The notes beneath the pieces were generated by a model. The model was not told where the DNA came from. It saw only the letters and a program-made list of their open reading frames with translations, and did no database searches. A stretch of DNA of 64,000 bases. It comes from Ministeria vibrans ATCC 50519 (Eukaryota > Protista > Filasterea). Shown here piece by piece: positions 60,220 to 64,000 of this stretch (position 1 is the stretch's first letter; every line of letters begins with the position of its first letter). Where the stretch lies: contig CALSCP010000013.1 in the NCBI GenBank assembly GCA_943704425.1, forward strand, positions 1 through 64,000, written 5' to 3'. The position numbers and the translations under genes are program-made.

Positions 60220-63200
60220 ATGGGAAAGTTTCGTAGTCGACGATCCATGGGCGCGCAGCAGGGCAGTCCGCTTGTGAGCGGGCGCCCCGCTCCGTCGGTG
60301 TGGTTTGTCGAGCCGGGCATTATGCCCAAAGTTGCTCGTCTCGTGGCCGACGCCAGAAGACCGCAAATGGACGACGCCTCGGGCGCGTCGGCCGCTGCGA
60401 GAGGTGCAGTCGACGTGAACGCATTGGCGGTAAGCCAAAACCCTTCTGAATTGCGTTTGTGTGCGCGTTTTTTTTGCTCATGCCGACGCATCTCCTGTGG
60501 CGCAGTTTAAGCTTCTCAAGCACGCCGAGTACCGGGGACGCTCAACAACGATGCTTGCACGAGCCATCACGCGGGTTGTTGCGGCCATCGACAGTGGTAC
60601 ACAGGGAGCACACTCTCGCGTTGTCGTTCCCTCTCGCTCACCGCTCTCTTTTTTCATGCACAGGTCTTCCGACAACGGCAGAGGGCATCACGTTTGAAAC
60701 GGCACGCCAGCGAAACCTGGACGGCTCTTATTCGGGCAGCAGCAGTCGTGCGGCCAGCAGAGAGCCACCGGACGTTGAGGATCGCGTTGGACATGACGGC
60801 GACCGAGACGCTCTGGCCATGGCACGCGCCGTCGCCAATGGCAGCCACAACGGACAAACGAATGACAACACCGAGGACGGAGGCGACAATGGCGACAACG
60901 ACGATGACGACGACGACGACGACGAGGAGGAGGAGGAGGACGACGACGAAGCAGCGTATGGATTTGCGTCCAACGGCGCGCTTCAGTTGGTCGAGGTGAA
61001 GGACAGCAACGCACTGAATCGTGCCATGCAACGTCGCTACGCGGCAACTACAGCCGCAAGTGCCGCTTCCACACCTGCACCCTCACCACCTGCCACACCC
61101 GCACTGACACCCGCACGAAGAAAAGCGCCAACACCAGCGCGCGCAGCAAAGCGACCGCGACGCAGCGGGCGTTCAGACGCCGACGACGACGACGACGTCG
61201 TAGGCGGCGCAGATGACGACATCAGCAACCGGAAGAAAAAGAAGTCGTCGTCGTCGATGGTTACGGTGCCCACAGCGACGTTTGCAGACCTGGGGGGCGT
61301 CGAGACAATCTTGGGAGATCTGCGTGAGTTTGTCGAGAGACCGATGCAACACCCTGAGATTTATGTGCATTTGGGGATTGATCCGCCGCGTGGGATTCTG
61401 CTGCACGGACCACCGGGCTGTGGCAAGACGACGCTGGCCCGTGCCATTGCAGGCGAAATGCAAGTACCCTTTTTGAGCATTTCGGCGCCGGAGATTGTCA
61501 GTGGGATGTCAGGCGAGAGCGAAGCCAAAATCCGCGAGCTGTTCCAGTCGGCGATTGACGCCGCGCCATGCATTGTGTTCATCGACGAGATTGATGTGAT
61601 ATCGGCCAAGCGCGAAAATGCCCAGCGTGAGATGGAGCGACGTATTGTTGCACAGCTGTTCACGTGTATGGATTCGCTGACAATGGAGCGTACAGGCAAT
61701 CGCATGGTGATGCTTCTCGCGGCGACCAACCGCCCGGACGCTCTTGACGCCGCTCTGCGTCGCGCCGGTCGCTTTGACAAGGAGATTTGTCTTGGGGTGC
61801 CGGATCAGGGTGCGCGCAAGCGGATTCTGGAGGTGATCACGCGCAACATGACCGTCGACACTACCGTCGACTATGGCGAGTTGGCCCGTCGCACGCCGGG
61901 CTATGTTGGGGCGGACCTGGCGGCCCTTGCCAAGGAGGCTGCTGTGCTTGCCGTGAACCGCATTTTTGAGCATGTGATGGAAGACGGTGGTGGCAGTGAT
62001 GGGGCTGGGGACGCGACTAGTACCAGTGCGACCGTGAGTGTGAATGCTGATGCAACTGCGACTGCTATGATGGATGTGTCGATGGAGAGCAACGCGAGCG
62101 ACGGGGCAACAGCGACCATTACAAGGAGCATGGACGAGACGCTGACGCTGGCCGACGCAGAGTGTGCTGGCAACGAAGAGTCGGCGTTTCTGTTGTCACT
62201 TGCCAAGCGCAATCGCGTCCACGACCGCCTACGGTTGCATCGCGAGACACTGACGCCGCAAGAACTGGCGCCACTCAGCATCAATATGGTGGACTTTGAA
62301 GGAGCCCTGTCGCGTGTGCAGCCGTCAGCCAAGCGCGAAGGGTTTGCCACGACACCCGACGTAACCTGGGCCGACGTGGGTGCGCTGACAGACGTGCGTT
62401 CCGAGCTCGAAACGGCCATTCTGCAGCCTATTCGCTTTCCCGCCGCCTTTTCGCTGCTGGGCATCTCGGCGTCGGGCGTGCTGCTGTACGGGCCGCCGGG
62501 CTGCGGCAAGACGCTGCTGGCCAAGGCGGTCGCCAACGAGAGCGGCGCCAACTTTATCAGCGTCAAGGGCCCCGAGCTGCTCAACAAGTATGTGGGCGAG
62601 AGCGAACATGCGGTGCGTCGAGTGTTCCAGCGTGCTCGTGCCAGTGCTCCCTGTGTCATCTTTTTTGACGAACTTGATGCACTGTGTCCACGTCGTGCCA
62701 AGGACGGCGGCGGAGACTCGCGTGCTAGCGAACGGGTGGTGAATCAACTGCTTACTGAGATTGACGGAGTAGACTCGCGTCGTCAGGTCTTTGTCATTGG
62801 CGCAACCAATCGCCCCGACATCATCGACGAGGCCATGATGCGACCTGGTCGTCTCGACAAGCTTCTCTACGTGCCTCTCCCGGCGCCCGAGGGTCGTGTA
62901 CAGATCCTACGGACGTGCACGCGCAAGACGCCACTCGACCCCGACGTCGATCTCGAGCAGGTGGGTCGTCTGCCGCAGTGTCGTGGCTTTAGTGGCGCCG
63001 ACCTCTCATCGCTCGTGCGCGAAGCGTCCGTATCGGCACTCCGTCGCCACTTGGCCACTGCGTCGCACGCCTCACTCGACCAACTGCGCGTGTGCTCCGC
63101 TGACTTCACCTACGCCTTCACCAAGGTGCTTCCTTCCGTCTCGCAGCGCGACGAACAGCTCTACTTACGTCTCCAGGGCAAACTGCGCGGCGCTCGCGCA

Positions 63201-63281
63201 CGCCTCAGCACCGAACCCACCGCGTCGCCAGCATTGAGCGCCGATGCGAGTCAGTCGAGCAAACCTGATGTAAAAATTTAA
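60220..63281 (+). CDS. NVL: NVL/Rix7 AAA+ ATPase (two AAA modules)
   Basis: HGPPGCGKTTLA; SAPEIVSGMSGESEAKIRELF; KRENAQREMERRIVAQL; VQPSAKREGFAT.PDVTW; second Walker A YGPPGCGKTLLAKA; VKGPELLNKYVGESE. Confidence 0.97.
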
Positions 63282-64000
63282 TGCAAGTTCGGTATTTTGG
63301 ATATAATTAATTAGTGTTCATGTGACGTGTGTTGTTGACCATATTAAACTCCAGTCAACTCTCGAGTCCTGTTAACTGTTTTCGTGCCCTCTCAATTTTT
63401 TATATTATTTTTTTATTTTTATTTTTTATTATTTTTGAGGGGTTCGCTTTTATTTAGGCACGATTGATCTTCTCTCTCTCTCTTTTTTTTTTTTTTTGCC
63501 GGTTGTGAACTTCTTGTGAACTCTCTGCAACATGCGCAAGGGCGGGCGCCCACTTGGACTGAGCCGTACCAACTAGAGACTTGAACTTTCTTTTAGCGAG
63601 TCGCAAAACAGCAGCGTCAGCGGGAGAGTGGCTTGTTTTGCGGGTGTCGAACCAATTGCAAGCACGTCGAAATAATCCCCTCATCTTTTTCCATTAATTG
63701 TTGTTTTTTTTGAGGGCCCTCTTTTCTTTTCTCGCAGGCGTTTCGGTACCACAACTCGCGTCATCCGTCAACAGCGTTTGTCTTGACAACTTTCTAACAA
63801 AGGGCACCAAGGGAGCTCAATGGCGTTGTAACAGCCGAGATTGAGCTTGTAGATGGCGCGAAGTGGTGACCCTCAAAATTTTTCTGGCTGGTCGAATACC
63901 CTGCGTGTCGATGTCGTCGAAAACTGATTAAACTTCAAGTCACTTTTTTTTTGTCTCTTTCTCCCAGCGACTCTTTAAGAAATTTCAACACAACTGACAA

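Noticed and set aside
63454-63960. Short minus-strand ORFs at the window end
   Set aside because: All frames are interrupted and no domain is recognisable; cannot be resolved without flanking sequence.

Overview
Very compact, intron-rich nuclear DNA from a eukaryote, most likely a unicellular protist. It has short GT-AG introns filled with microsatellites, intergenic spacers of about 30-450 bp, and two scaffold N-gaps. I assembled about 25 spliced genes by hand: ZNRF-type RING E3, ankyrin-ZZ-RING E3, papain-family protease, MED19, a two-TM PAC/DEG-ENaC-like channel, a coiled-coil+WD40 PALB2-like protein, METTL5, TMF1, S28 prolylcarboxypeptidase, Asp/Asn beta-hydroxylase, F-box-ankyrin, GH7 cellobiohydrolase, TGS1, a frameshifted beta-propeller surface protein, calmodulin-like protein, NIPA transporter, CENP-O, TBCCD1, TRIP12/UPL3, COG3, SCAI, cytochrome P450, NIPSNAP and NVL/Rix7, plus a decayed retroelement RNase H. 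The standout is a 9-exon, about 1066-aa gene (36308-40287, minus strand) that fuses a COLGALT-type GT25 galactosyltransferase to a complete PLOD/LH3. It could carry the whole collagen-type Lys -> Hyl -> Gal-Hyl -> Glc-Gal-Hyl pathway on one chain. All family calls come from motifs recognised by eye; no searches were run, and exon boundaries are manual predictions.
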